A stretch of DNA of 64,000 nt from Octopus bimaculoides (GCF_001194135.2 NC_068988.1:94597389-94661388); one strand, 5' to 3'; numbered from the stretch's first letter, positions 40,319 to 54,337 are shown. Notes: generated from the sequence alone by a model not told the origin. Program-made: numbers and translations.

Positions 40319-42063
40319 TATTGGTTCCAAATCTGAATACCAGAAACATTATTTCGGGAATAAACTCGCACGCAGTTACAGTGGTTCGGGATTTCACAGT
40401 TACATAGTACGAAATATTTATAATCCGTAACATCATCTTTAACCATATTAATTTGTTCATGAAACTGGATTTCTTCTAGCTGCGGTGTTGTTTATTTTCG
40501 ACTTAAAGGGTTTGAGGTCAACAGAGATAAAGGCGTTGCATGGTTTCGAAAGTGCAGGAAGCGTTAGGTATTTGTGGGAGGGATTAATGTGTAGGTCTAC
40601 TATTACGAAAGGTCTACTATTTCTCGGAATAGAAAATAGAATTCAAATGACCATAATAAGAGGGGAAAGACAAAAAGGGGGGAAAATGATGTGCTAGGAA
40701 AGTAGAATCGAACCTCTGCCTCGGGAACAAAGTTAGGCATTCCTTGGATTTCTTCTATTATTTAAATAAAATAACCAGTGAAGAGTTTGAGGAATTTTTT
40801 GCAGTTTGCAATGGAAAACTATCATCATTCCTACAAATTTCATTGTGTCTGTCAATCAGTATAAAGAAACGGTATAACTGAAAAGTACAATGGAAAGAGA
40901 CCCCTTTTCACAATTGCTTCGATTGACAGGTCAATCGATCAAGCATTGCATTATTCAAGAATCTCAACCCGAGATGAAGTCTCACGAGATATGTTTCCGC
41001 CACACCCAGCAGAGAGGACAGTTAAAGAAAGCGTGGCGTATGACCAAGGGCATCTTTTATGAAATAAACATCTGAGCGACAGATGGTCGACTGTGCTGTA
41101 GAAGTGATGGAGGTGTTGACCACACCACCTGCTTGGGAAACAGGATTGTCTCTCAGGTCACATCTATACGCTTCCCAGATTATTCGTATTGTTATGCACT
41201 CAACACACTAAGGCGCCCGCGCAAAGAAACACACACAGTCGTACACATATTTCCACTCATATACACAAAGACGTGAATATATACACACACTTATTCATAT
41301 TTTGCTTCTTCACAGCTGAAGAAAGACACGTTTAAAAAATATTATATTATGTAAGACACTCTAAGCTTTTATCAGTCTCTCCCCCACCCCCAGCCTTTTT
41401 AGATTTGATATTTCAATCGATATTTTTAATGTCAATAAAACACACTTATAACACTACATGTAGCTGTGTTCAACCAATATTTATGTGTGTTTTGTATGTA
41501 CACACATAAACACACACAAAGACACACACATGCATATACGCAGATGCATATGTAAGTATATACATTCGCACTTTCATATATATATATCTATATATACTGA
41601 TAAATATAGAACGTTGGAATGAGTGCTCAACACCGCATTGGTGGATAAATAATTTCTTTATAAATAATTTTTAAGGCTAACAATCGTAGCCTTAATTCGC
41701 AAATAAAGAAAAAAATATGCATATATGTGTGTGTGTGTGCATACATACATACATACATACATACATACATCTGCCCATCCCTACAGAACACTGAGGAGAA
41801 TGAGATGGCATGGAGAATTTCGTTGCCTCTTGGCAGAAACGGCCGTAAGGAATATAATATCTTCTGACAATCTGATCTTTTGCTCTTTTTTGTAATATTA
41901 GTTCATGTGTGTGTAACACATAGTTATTACATGTGTATGTATTCTAATACTTTCTATTACTTTGGAATAAATAGACATACTAGAATGTCTACCAGCTGAT
42001 GTATATCATTTTTTATCCTCTCCATTTTCTTTTATTTACCGTGTATGTATATATATATTTATT

Positions 42064-42258
42064 GTGAGAATTTACAGATAAAAAACAAAAGACGAAGACG
42101 GGTGTGTAAACAACAAACATATGTATGATACTAGTTTAACGCTCGGGAAGTGAGAAAGTCTTTTACGTTTTGAGCCTACGCTCTTCAACAGAAAGGATCA
42201 CAGAAATAAATAGGGAGAGAAAATAGAAAAAGGTTTAGTGGCTAGCGATCTATCATGG
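42064..42258 (-). mobile_element. Penelope-like element terminal-repeat fragment (tentative)
   Basis: Contains a minimal hammerhead-like motif of the type described for Penelope-like elements. The family call rests on that motif, not on an ORF. Confidence 0.5.
42160..42195 (-). ncRNA. Degenerate minimal type I hammerhead ribozyme-like motif
   Basis: Minus strand reads CUUU-CUGUUGA-A-GAGC-guag-GCUC-AAA-ACGU-A-AAAG: stem I CUUU/AAAG, stem II GAGC/GCUC, palindromic ACGU stem III, GUA triplet. Core deviations are A6U and G12A. Confidence 0.55.
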
Positions 42259-42931
42259 TTTAGTGGCTAGCAATCTATTATATACACACACACACATACA
42301 TACATATATGTATTTATATATAATTTTCCGTACATTGGCAGAGATACACACTCACACACATACACACATATACATATTATCTTTAGTTTATTTTAATCAT
42401 AAACTCTTAACACAGTTGCTGTATCTATCAGGCTTTGAAAGATTATATCGCTTTCAGTGTTTGAACCAAGAGCCAAGTACAAACGTTTGTATTGTTTCGT
42501 TGATCATCAAATTTTGTTTTGTGTATAAGTGTGTTTGTTTTTAAAATAATAAAAATGACAATGATATAACTTCATTGTCATTGTTTCATTAATGAATAAC
42601 GATCAATAAATCAGACCAGTTCAAAGACATCAGACTGAGAGAAGCAAACGAGCTATCAAAACATGACTATCGGAACAGTGGAATGTTTCATTAAAATGAT
42701 ACTCACGCATGGAAAAGATAATCTACATATAATAAATCGTAATTTTGTTCTGATCACATTTTGCCACCAGCCATAGTTTACTGACGACGGGGTTCTTTCA
42801 CCAGTTTGTTGGACCCACTACTATAATACGTGTTTTGTATATATCTATACAGACATAACATGCATACAGATATACATACACACACAGGCACTCGCGCGCG
42901 CGCGCACCCACACACACCCACACACACACAC

Positions 42932-42971
<40 letters not shown>

Positions 42972-45512
42972 AGAGAGAGAGAGAGAGAGAAAGAAAGATT
43001 AGCTTCTTACTGATGATATCTTTGAGATTCTAAACAATGTTTAATAACAGTGCTTGTTTAAAATATCTATCAACACAGAGTGACAAGAATCGATTATGTA
43101 GCCGTATCAATACGTTTTGGCATTGGAATTAAATAGTTTACCGTTATTTCAAGACTACCTATTGCAACAAATATAATAATACGTAGTAACACGAAAATCT
43201 CTTACGGTTGGGAAACGGATGGCAGTTAAATATTCTCAAAAGTATGATGTTATATGAAAATGGCTGATGATTTACAGTAGGGTGGGAATTTCGTTCACAT
43301 TATTCGTTTTTAATTTCAATATCTCGACTTAATTGAAATTATTATGCAATCATCATTAATTAAAATTATTCGATTAATCTATAACTTTTGATTCGGCTGT
43401 ACGTTAAATCAGATATACCTAGAAATTTATGCATTAAAGCAATGTTTTGAACACCAACTGAGTCACTCAAACAATATATAGTCATTTGAATTCAAACTGT
43501 AGCATTTGGAGAATTGGTACAGCAAGTTTTACGATAATTGTTAGGGTTTTTTATGTTCTGAATCGGAGTTCCAACGAAGTAAATGTAACATTTTATTCTA
43601 TTGGCGTCAATAAAGTTCCAAATCAGAACATTGAATTGTAGAATTGTAGATTGGCAAAAGTTTTAAAGTGTCAGGAAAACAGGTTTTGAGGTATTTGTTC
43701 CGGTTATCTACGTTCTGTGTACACAACCAGTTGTGGAAGACTTGTCCACAACTAACAAAAAAAGAAATGATATCTGTTTATATCCAGCAAAAACTATATG
43801 AAAGAATACTATTGGGCACAAAATTCTATATTTTCTCACCACAGAGAAATAACGCTTGTCAAGGGATGTAGCAAAAGGCGTTCATAGACATGGTGTCAGA
43901 AAAATTTCTTTGATGATAAATATTACTAAATGAAAAAAGTATAGAAGACATTTTCTAAAAATCCGTTTTAGGCCCAAGAAAATTTAAAGTTTATACTGAA
44001 GTGAGAAACGTATAAAAACACTTGTCTCGATTCATTATGTAGAATTAGTATGATGTTTATATGGTAGATGATACTGTTCGAATTATTTAGAAGTTTTGAA
44101 ATTACTTATATATAAATGCTAATACCTCTCCAATTTCTAAATTTTTTGGAATTTATAAAACATAAATTGTGCCATCTATGCTTAATGGCATCACATTTGA
44201 CTGATAATCCATACTCTTGAATATATTTCAATGAACTTCTAACGCTAACTTTACTTCCGGCTTAAATGGATTCCCATTGTTTGCAAAGAATTTGATATTT
44301 GATGAAAATAAAACAAAAGATAATAGAACAATCTTATGATAAATAGGGTTTCTTCATTCAGCGTTAATGGAGAAAGAAACATATTTATTTTCATTCATTC
44401 TTCACCAAGAGCTGTTTATTTTTCTCTTACGTACTTTCGCGATTATAAGTGTTTTCAAGTGTAAATTAAACGAAAACTCGTGTCTTTTCGGTTGTTAGAT
44501 TTTAATTATTTGGCGTCAAAGACGAAAGATGTTAATTGCATGTGTCAACACAGATAAACCACAGAATAAATCGAATTTTGTGATATATTTATAATTTTAT
44601 CCTCTATTTCAACTCATAAACCAGATTTCTAAAATCTTAAACTACGTTGCGAGACAACGATTGAGTGTCTGTAACAGTGGTGTGACAGAAAATAAACGCA
44701 CGAAAATATATTAGTATCCAACGAATATTTGTCGAAGAAATTAGTTTTATGAATTTTATTTTAGTCTATTTATTTGTTTATTCATTTTGATAGACTTTAA
44801 ATTGGGTCTTTTAATAAACAAAGTCACGATGTAAAACATCTCAGAATCTATTTGAAACAATGGCATGCTATTGTGTTACCTTCACAGAGTGTCAAAACGA
44901 ATTTTACATGTAATGAATTGTATAATTAATGGCCATCATTTGTAATGTGAAATATTATCACAGCTGGAACTCTCAGCCAATACATCTCGCTTCTGGCACC
45001 GCGTTGAGACCACGATCAATACTCATTAAATGAAATTTTACATAGTGTAAACTTAGTTAGAGGAAGAAACTGATGAGGGTTGTAAATAGCTTCCCATAAA
45101 CTCATTGCTGTAAATGGTGGCAACACTCTAAACTGGACGAGTTTTTCGTTCGACCTCAGATTTAGTTTTATATTCTCTTGTCAGATGGCGTGTCCCCAAA
45201 TATGAATTTTATTCCTCTGTCCTAATTTTATGGGACACTTAAAGCCTAATATTTCAAAGACTTAACGTATTTAAAACAAAAAAATACAGATGCACATTAT
45301 ATGAGTGTTTGTGTGTGCAAAAACACATACCAAACTATACATATGTATAAGAGAACAATTGAGAAACATCATGCAACGTCGCTATACAAAATAATAGAAT
45401 ACGGGTATAGTTCTACCTGGAATCTAAACTGTATCAAAAAAGCTAGCTCAACTAGAACTCATCACTTTCTTTGAGGTTTTAAATTAAGCACAGACCCATC
45501 ACAGAACCCACC

Positions 45513-45640
45513 ATTGACCTCAGTGTTTCACTGGAACGTAATTTATCAACCCCGAAAAGATGAAAGGCGAAGTCGACCTCGGTGGAATTTGAACTCAGAA
45601 CGTAGAGACGGACGAAATACCGCGAAACATTTCGCCCGTC
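45513..45640 (-). mobile_element. SINE family A, internal fragment
   Basis: ccccgaaaagatgaaaggcgaagtcgacctcggtggaatttgaactcagaacgtagagacggacgaaataccgcgaaacatttcgcccg. Confidence 0.9.
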
Positions 45641-45725
45641 TTAGAACCTGGTCCGTATTCTTAGAGAAATTTGCCAAAATATGAAACAATTTTCAGCTGC
45701 AGCAGTATTGAATGCAGTGCTGTTG

Positions 45726-45878
45726 AATGTAGTAGTAGTAGTAGTACTAGTGGTGGTGGTGGTGGTAGTAGTAGTAGTAGTAATGGTGGTGATGGTGGTG
45801 GTGGTAGAAGAAGAAGAAGAAGAAGAAGAAGAAGAAGAAGAAAGCTTCAATGTAAACAATGCTTGCAATCAGTGGTAT

Positions 45879-45914
<36 letters not shown>

Positions 45915-46195
45915 CGGTGGTAGTGGTGGCGGCGGCGGCGGTGGTGGTGGTTGTGGTGGTGACAACGACAACGATGACGATGTCCAACAGAAGGAGGAGG
46001 ATGCCAAGGAGGAAGGAGGAGGAGGATGCCAAGGAGGAGGAGAAGGAGGAAGAGGAGGAGGAAAAGGAGGAAGANNNNNNNNNNNNNNNNNNNNNNNNNN
46101 NNNNNNNNNNNNNNNNNNNGGAGGAAGAGGAGGAGGAGGAGGAGGAAGAGGAGGAGGAGAAGGAGGAAGAGGAGGAGGAGGAGTTTGTGACTGGT
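45726..46195. repeat. Compound trinucleotide array (AGT/GGT/AGA/GAT/GGC/GAC/GGA)
   Basis: Directly visible; includes an N-gap. Confidence 0.9.
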
Positions 46196-46873
46196 GTTCG
46201 ATAGAATGTGATGATGGTGGCAATCGTCAGTGTCGCAATTGTAGAAATGGCCAGAACAGTGCAGTGAAATTTAAGAGGATAACATAAATAAATAAATAAA
46301 TAAATAAATAAATATAGAAAGAGAGAAAAAGAAAGAAAAGTAATTACTGACAGCCTATAGCTATTTCAATAAACGAATCTGTTATGTAGTAGTGTGAGAG
46401 CGGTGTGTGAGGTTTCGATGTGTGGGTGAGCCGATGCTGGGGAAATTCAAAGTTCTAAATTAATTTTATTTCCACAACGTTGAGGTAAATATACTTAATT
46501 TGCTTTTCTCATACTCTATTGACAAAATTAGCCTCACTCCCCGACTACTTCCACCGCCACCGCCACCACCAGACACAGATAACAAGGACAAGACGAACAG
46601 TAACGACTCCTTTACTCCTACCTATCTACTTACTCTCCAGAAAAAGCTTTATCACAACTGATTTTGTTGTTGTTGTTGTTGTTGTTGTTTCTTGAAGGTG
46701 GTATGGTGGATGGTGGTTATCTTTCTCCAATTTTCCAACTAAGTTTATATTAAATATGACCCTACGAACTGCACAATCAATTTTGCGTCTCCCGCCCTCT
46801 GCGCACTCTTCCCTCGTAATTGTACTGTAATGTTTATCTGTCTATATCTCCATTCTGTCAGAGCCACTTACAT

Positions 46874-46978
<105 letters not shown>

Positions 46979-48927
46979 TGTGTTAGCAGTAGCTCATAGC
47001 TGAGTTCATTCGTCCTTCTATTGTTTTCACAGTTCTACAGTATCTGTGATGTTCAGATCTATTTTGTTTTATTCTTTATTTTTTGGCTATTTTGTTATAT
47101 TTATATCATATATTTGCTTTGTTTTATTCTCTTGTACAATGTGTGTATGTTTGTGTTTGTACTTATATGTATGTATGTCATATTAGTTTGTGATGTTTAT
47201 ATGTATGACTAAGAATGTATGTGTGTATGTGTGAGTTTGCAGTTCTTGTTCCAGCAAGTCATTTTATTTGTTTCTTTTTTTTTCATATTTGTTTCTTTTT
47301 AATTTATGTTCCTTCATTTTATGTCTTATTCCTTGTATACTATTTCTTTTCGTTTCTTTTCTTTTTATTTTCATTTTTCTGTTCTTTTCACTTATACAAT
47401 TGTGGAGTTTTGGACAACTATCATATTTTAAACATCAGATGAGTTAATAGTCTTTGGAAACTAATTGCTCGAAAGAAAATCGAAAAGGAAATGAAGAAAG
47501 CAGAAAAGCCAATATATATTGTTTTGGAAAAAAAAATTAAACAAAATAAAAGAACAATAGTAAATATAAATAAAAAGAAGAGATAAACAGTGAAGAAGAA
47601 AAACAATTAAAATAACAGCTATTGTCNNNNNNNNNNNNNNNNNNNNNNNNNNNNNNNNNNNNNNNNNNNNNNNNNNNNNNNNNNNNNNNNNNNNNNNNNN
47701 NNNNNNNNNNNNNNNNNNNNNNNNNNNNNNNNNNNNNNNNNNNNNNNNNNNNNNNNNNNNNNNNNNNNNNNNNNNNNNNNNNNNNNNNNNNNNNNNNNNN
47801 NNNNNNNNNNNNNNNNNNNNNNNNNNNNNNNNNNNNNNNNNNNNNNNNNNNNNNNNNNNNNNNNNNNNNNNNNNNNNNNNNNNNNNNNNNNNNNNNNNNN
47901 NNNNNNNNNNNNNNNNNNNNNNNNNTATATATATATATATATATATGCATATATACATATATACATTCTTGTAAATTGGAATTATTGTTGTTCTTTTTTT
48001 TTACTATAGTAAATGTTTCGCAATTGGACTCAAATTATCTTTCTAAAACCATTTCTAGAGAGATTCCAATACAGATATATGGATCTGCTGATAATGTCGT
48101 CGTCTGCGTCAGTGAAATAGCACTTTGTAGTAAAAGAATGGATTAACAATACAATTTTAATATATTTAGTTAGAATGTTGTCGTCATAGTCGTCGCTTTT
48201 GTTGTTTCTTGCTACTCATGGCATCCCAGAAGCAGCTGAGTTATAATCAAACTTTTGCTACCCAGGACTGTGTCCAATAGGGTTTTTTTACAACACATTA
48301 TATCGAGAATTTTATTAATAATTAATTTTTCCTACTTTAAAAAGGATTTGGCTGCTGTTTCTCGTAGGTCGAGCAATTACGGATAGGTTCCCTTTTAGGT
48401 GTTATTGTTGAAATTTAGCCCTGGGCTTCTTTTGATCAATCTGGACTACTACCAAAGACATTCTACCACTTACAATTTTGTCTTTTGTTATTGGTTTGTC
48501 TTCAGACATATTATATCTTAGAAGATATTAACGACTAAATAACTACTTTTCCTGAAGACAGCTATGTCTTGTGAGAGCAGTTTGAGCCATTTTGTTGAGT
48601 CATGGCCCTCGGATTCAGAGGATCAGAAGATTCTCTAAAGGAAATTCAAACCAAATATCTGTTATTTGGTGAGCAAATGTGCGATTAAATTCCATTCGGA
48701 TCAGAGCGTCTAAAAGACGCCAGTTGATTATTTAGATAGAGCTAAGAACGAGGTGAGTGAAAGTTAATTTGTTGCATTGCTTTCATTCACCCAAATTACT
48801 CTCTGGGGATAAAATAATAATCAGTTAGGTAGTGATTGGAGTGGGTGAGGGTGAAAGTAGTTGAAAGAAAGTTTCGGTCATTCACACACACATACACACA
48901 CACTATATATATATATATATATATATA

Positions 48928-48965
<38 letters not shown>

Positions 48966-49283
48966 CGTGAGAGAGAAAGAAAGTGAGATAGACAGACAGA
49001 TACAGACAGACAGGCAGAAAAGCAGGCAGGCAAACAGGTAGATAGCTATCTATCTATCTATCTATCTATCTATTTATCTAGATAGATAGATAGATAGATA
49101 GATAGATATTGATTATGTATAAAAACACACCATATAATGGGTCTGGGAAGGTGTGTGTTTGTGTGCATATGTATATATAAACGACGCAGTATCGCATACA
49201 AAACGCTGTGAGCTGACAAAAATCAATCAACAGGTTATTCTTAGAATTGAATGACATCTATTACAGATATTAAATTCTGTAAT

Positions 49284-49363
49284 AGGTGTTATTCAGTGTG
49301 GATATGTGATAAGAAGTTTGCTTCCTAACCGCATGGTTGCGGGTTCAGTCCCACTGCATGGCA
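49284..49363 (+). mobile_element. SINE family B, 5' head fragment
   Basis: gtggatatgtgataagaagtttgcttcctaaccgcatggttgcgggttcagtcccactgcatggca. Confidence 0.75.
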
Positions 49364-50016
49364 GCTCACACCACTTCATTATATTCGGAAAACACAAGTG
49401 TGCGATTGGCTAAATATTAAAGTGAACACCTTTCATTAATCTTTATGTGAATGCCTTCCCCTTCTGTGATATATCAAAGTTGGAAGCCTATTATGCACAC
49501 CTTGTTATTAATTACTCTACATGTATTTTAGGCACAACCAACGTAAATCAGAACTAAAATATTTCTAAGTGTTAGAATGACAAACTTTGGATTAAGTAAT
49601 AGTGCGATGACATTCATTCTATGCCATGAATGTACGCAGAAATGTGGGAGGGAATTTCCTGACAGACTGTTATAAGGTTTTATCATATATGCAAATACAC
49701 ACACATGCATATATGTGTGTGTGTGTCTGTGTATAAATGGTAAAGGTTTCCCGATTTATCAGAGTGTACGTGTAATTTCCCAGATTTTCTTGTATCAGAT
49801 GATATTTGGGCAGAAAGCTCCTGTATCTACCAATGTATACATATAATTTAATATACAAATATTGTTATAGACGGAAACTTTCAAAAAGCACGTTGTCAGA
49901 AACCTCCCCGTTGTTTGTCGGCAGACTTCACCCTTCGCCCATTTCAAAACACCTGCCATTTGAGGGAGATATGGCTGAGCCTTCTCTTTTGCAAGCGGCG
50001 TGGCCAATCATCATTC

Positions 50017-50155
50017 TAAGGTTAACCTGCCCCCACCTCCTATCATACATGTAAAATATTCATGGGCACTGTCCCTCCTTTTCATGTAAAGCTAACTTCC
50101 CTCACCGCCTATCTTACACGTAAAATATTCATGGCCACTGTTCGTCTTCTTCATG
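50017..50155. repeat. Diverged tandem duplication, two copies of about 69 bp
   Basis: taaggttaacctgcccccacctcctatcatacatgtaaaatattcatgggcactgtccctccttttcatg versus taaagctaacttccctcaccgcctatcttacacgtaaaatattcatggccactgttcgtcttcttcatg. Confidence 0.9.
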
Positions 50156-52064
50156 TACGATAGCTCCAAAATAATATAACATATTAAACATATTTTGAAT
50201 TTGGAATGGAGGAGGATAAATCTAAAATAATAATAATTCAATCAAATAACACCATATATATAATTATTTTGAACTGTATTGTATTATAATTTATTTTAAT
50301 ATAATAATACGATTATCACCTTGTATTTTGTATAGTCTGGTTTTAATTGTACACTGGATACAATATTGTATATCGTCAAGATAATACTAAAGATCAAATA
50401 GTTTTATTGATCTTTTTTATTGTTTATAATATCATGTTACAGTCTAATTGAGCTAAGATTAAATATACAGACTTGTCTATATACCTATTAAATGTTATCG
50501 ATATTAATACAAATATCCGTTTGGCAGTTCAGATTTCGTGTGTGGTCATTTTAATAAACAAATATTATCTCGGATGAAATTTTCTCAAATAAATACTAAC
50601 ATGATTATGCCTTTTTATTTTGATATTTAAATACTATTTTCCGCATTGTGCTAATTTACACTCAACTTTTATCCTTTAGATTCACATCTAGCAAAACACT
50701 AAGCACAAACCACGAATAGCTGGGATTTTTATAACATATCCATTACGATAGCGTTTCAAATTTTTCATGTACCTTCACATCTATTATAATTTCTTGCGTT
50801 AGTTCGAACGGATTGAATTTATAAAGTGTTCACTGTCTTTCAGCGACTCAACGTACGTTTCTAAATGTGTGGAAAATATCAGCTGCTATTTTTACGCCAA
50901 TAATCCCGCGATTAATGTATAATGTGATACATTCGGCTACAGTTTATTATTTGTAGGTGGAATGCAATGATTTTTTCTTGGTAGGTGTAGCAATAATACT
51001 TTCCGGCTGCTAATGAAGCCAATATACGATGTTATCAAATATCGACTATGAAATATTTTGAACGAATATCATGAGTGTGTCAAAAACCGATGACACGATT
51101 CGAGCCGCTTACCTCTCGGTTTGTTGTTCGATATTTTATCCAACTGCACCATCGTTCATCAGTCTCGACTCTTTCTTTAATCAGTTGTTAATCCTCCCAA
51201 AAAACAATAACATGGAAGTGAATATAGAAGATTACTGTTTCTCTTGATATATTTTGGTATGTAATAATCGTGAAATTAGATGGATAATTACATTTTATGT
51301 TATCATAGTGTCACTATTTTAAACCCAAATGGGATGCCTGCAACGGCAAATAGAAATTTGGTATGGAATACATACGATAAGTAGATTTTTCCATCATGCA
51401 TACCTGCCTTTAAGCAATATGATAACTTATAGATATTATGGTTAGATGAATATTATTGCTCATTCAAGTCTGGCTCTGAGAATTATCCAGCGGCTACAAC
51501 TGTAGGAAGTAGAAATTAATTAAAATACAACTAAAATCGATGATTGTATAATTAATATTCCAAACTGTGTAAGTAGTAATAAAATTAATATTCTGTTGTG
51601 AGAAATGAAGCGTTTAAATTAACAGGTTGCTGAACAAAATCCAATTTCTCACTTTCGAAACACATACACTTATATATATATGACATATACATACAGTTGC
51701 GTTATATATAATCATCATCATCATCATCATCATCATCGTCGTCGTCGTCGTCATCATCATCACCAGCAGCAACAACAGCAGCAATTTTTCTCCCCTTCTC
51801 CCTCCCTGTCTCTCACATACAAACATTTACAGCTTCGCATATATGTCTCTTACGTATAAGGAAGTTTCCTTCTCTGCTTTTCTCTTTCACTTTCTCTCTT
51901 GGCATACACATACATTTATATATGTGTATATGTATATATGTATGTATCTATGTATGTATGTACACACACATACAATCGCGCGCGCGCCACTATGCGTAGA
52001 AGCCGCATTAATTCGGTCGCCTCCCCACCACCGACATTTCTGTATTACATGTCACTCCCAATAG

Positions 52065-52213
52065 GATTTCCTGTAAACGCAGCAACAACTGCGGAGGTTA
52101 TGTGCACCTTTGCTACAGACATAACTAAACAGTATGTAAATTTTATTACCACAGCACATGTTGGCAGACAATCAGAACCTACGATGACATTCTTCAGATC
52201 TGCTCTTGTAGAC
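52065..52213 (+). CDS. Candidate exon, (G)FPVNAATTAEVMCTFATDITKQYVNFITTAHVGRQSEPTMTFFRSALVD (unassigned)
   Basis: Acceptor gtcactcccaatag, consensus donor GAC|gtgagt, purine-first and A/T-third codon bias, high-complexity island between microsatellites. Confidence 0.35.
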
Positions 52214-52529
52214 GTGAGTGACCAGTGGTCCACATAGTGGCGCTGTACATGTTTATAGCTATGGCTATCAACGGTCAGTGATCCTTTCTCCATGCTTGTC
52301 AATTCACCACATAACTATCAACACATTCACACACGCACACTCACTCATACATACGCACGCACGTACACACCCACGCACACACTGATTAAATTTATTTTAA
52401 ACTTCTATCAAAGTAGCTTCGCCTGATCATTCATAGACATTCTATAACTCTGTGTATATTGCGATTACATAATGCTTGAACATACGTATAGATATCTATA
52501 TACATGCACATATACATACACACACACAC

Positions 52530-52618
<89 letters not shown>

Positions 52619-52846
52619 ATAATCCATGGATGGAATTTATAAATATTTTAATGTATCACTACGCGCGTTTCCATAAATCACTTGTTTTATGTTACCATAG
52701 TGCGCATTCCCGGGAATGCGAACTATTGTCACAAAAACACGTGACATTTGGAAACGCGCGTGGCGATAGATTAATATATACACACATATATATATATATA
52801 TGATTGTATATACGTATTATAGTATTTATTATCAATGGCTACTGAG

Positions 52847-53056
52847 ACAGCGAGCTGGCAGAGTCTTTTAGCATGCTGGGAAAAGTGCTGAGCTGTATTT
52901 CGTCCGGCTTTGAGTTCTAATTCCATCGAAGCCGACTTTCCTTTCCATCTTTCGGAATCGATAAAATAAGTACCAATTGAGCACTGGAGTCGATGTTACC
53001 GACTTAACCCCCTCCTCTAAATCTGCTGGCCGTGTGCCAACATTCGAAATGATTAT
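52847..53056 (+). mobile_element. SINE family A, diverged full-length copy
   Basis: acagcgagctggcagagtc head, gagttctaattcc B-box, gtcgatgttaccgac hairpin and ctgctggccgtgtgccaacattcgaaa tail. Confidence 0.8.
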
Positions 53057-53411
53057 TGATAGCAATCGTTTCGCAGATATTTGCTTCCCAAAATTGTTCT
53101 GGAAAGCCAATATTATCGATGGATTAAGCTTTATTGTTTCATAAAATTCATTCGAGTTTTTCTTGTTCTCTGACACTCCGAGTTCGAAACCAATCGAGGT
53201 TTTGTTTGCCTTTTCTTCTTCCCGGATGCATAGATTAAAGGACCAGCCAAACACTCCTATTCGATGTAACCGACTATTCCTTCCTATTAATATATATGTG
53301 TGTGTGTGAACATATTTATATGTGTGCATGTATAGTAATATATATATATATATTGCTGTAATTTGGCGATTATTTATCTCAGATACATAAGTGTGGAGAT
53401 TCTACTACAGA

Positions 53412-53600
53412 TTTTATACTCATAGGCAGGAGTAGTTAAGTCGATTACAGTCGACCCCGGTGCACAACTAGTAGTTACATTTTCGACCCAGAAATGATAA
53501 AATGAAAAGTCTGCCTCAACGGGATTTGAGCTCAGATGGTAAAGACGGACGAAATATCGCTAAGCCCGGTGTGCTAATGCTTCTGACAATTCACCGCCTT
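53412..53600 (-). mobile_element. SINE family A, diverged copy
   Basis: Reverse complement: aaggcggtgaattgtcagaagcattagcacaccgggcttagcgatatttcgtccgtc...gagctcaaatcccg...gtcgactgtaatcgact. Confidence 0.75.
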
Positions 53601-54284
53601 GTGTCAGTAAGTGTGTGTGTGTGCATACGGATTCATACGTAACCATATCTATTTACTTATCGATCTGTCCGCATGTGTGGCAGTAATGTATGCTTGTATG
53701 TATTCATGTATAAATGTTTATACATGTATAGTACATACATATTTAGGTGTTTATTTTAATTTATTCAAATATGTATTAACCAAATATTGTACGCTAAAGA
53801 CACATGCACAAACATACATATATACCCACATGTTTATAGGTATATGTATAGATGTGCATGTATGCGTATGTGTGTACGTGTGTGTATGTGTGTATGTGTG
53901 TGTATGTGTGTATGTAGGTATAAATTAAGAGAAATGCGAAAGAGAAAAAGTGTTGAAATAAGCATTGAACCAGTGAAAGAGGCAGAACGAAATGAGAAGA
54001 CAAAAGAGTGCTGAGTGGGCAGAAGGAGCGAATACACAATTGCAGAGTGTACAGCCCTCTGGTGAGGAGAGAGAATGGAGTTAGGGTGGAATATGGAGCA
54101 AGGCGATATTAAGGATGAACTAATGAAATAAATAGGAGACATGATAGAGTTAATGAGAATGAGTAACCAAGCGAGACAGCGAAGACAAGGTTTTTGGGAA
54201 AAGAGCAATGAATGTTATGTGTGTGTGTGTGAGTATGTAAAGAGGGAGAGAGACAGACAAGCAGCTAGAGATAGAAACCGAAGC

Positions 54285-54337
<53 letters not shown>

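Noticed and set aside
40960-41160. IRHAFFNCPLCWVW (L1/Tx1 zinc-knuckle-like) and IKDALGH (tyrosine-recombinase-like) in two minus frames
   Set aside because: Required upstream residues (CxxC; HxxR) are absent and the two readings are mutually exclusive; too short to call.
45070-45101. ctgatga-ggg...ccc-ataaac as a hammerhead
   Set aside because: Lacks the GAAA core and a definable stem III and cleavage triplet.
48060-48130. IYGSADNVVVCVS as a degenerate RT YADD motif
   Set aside because: The catalytic DD is not present and there are no flanking RT motifs.
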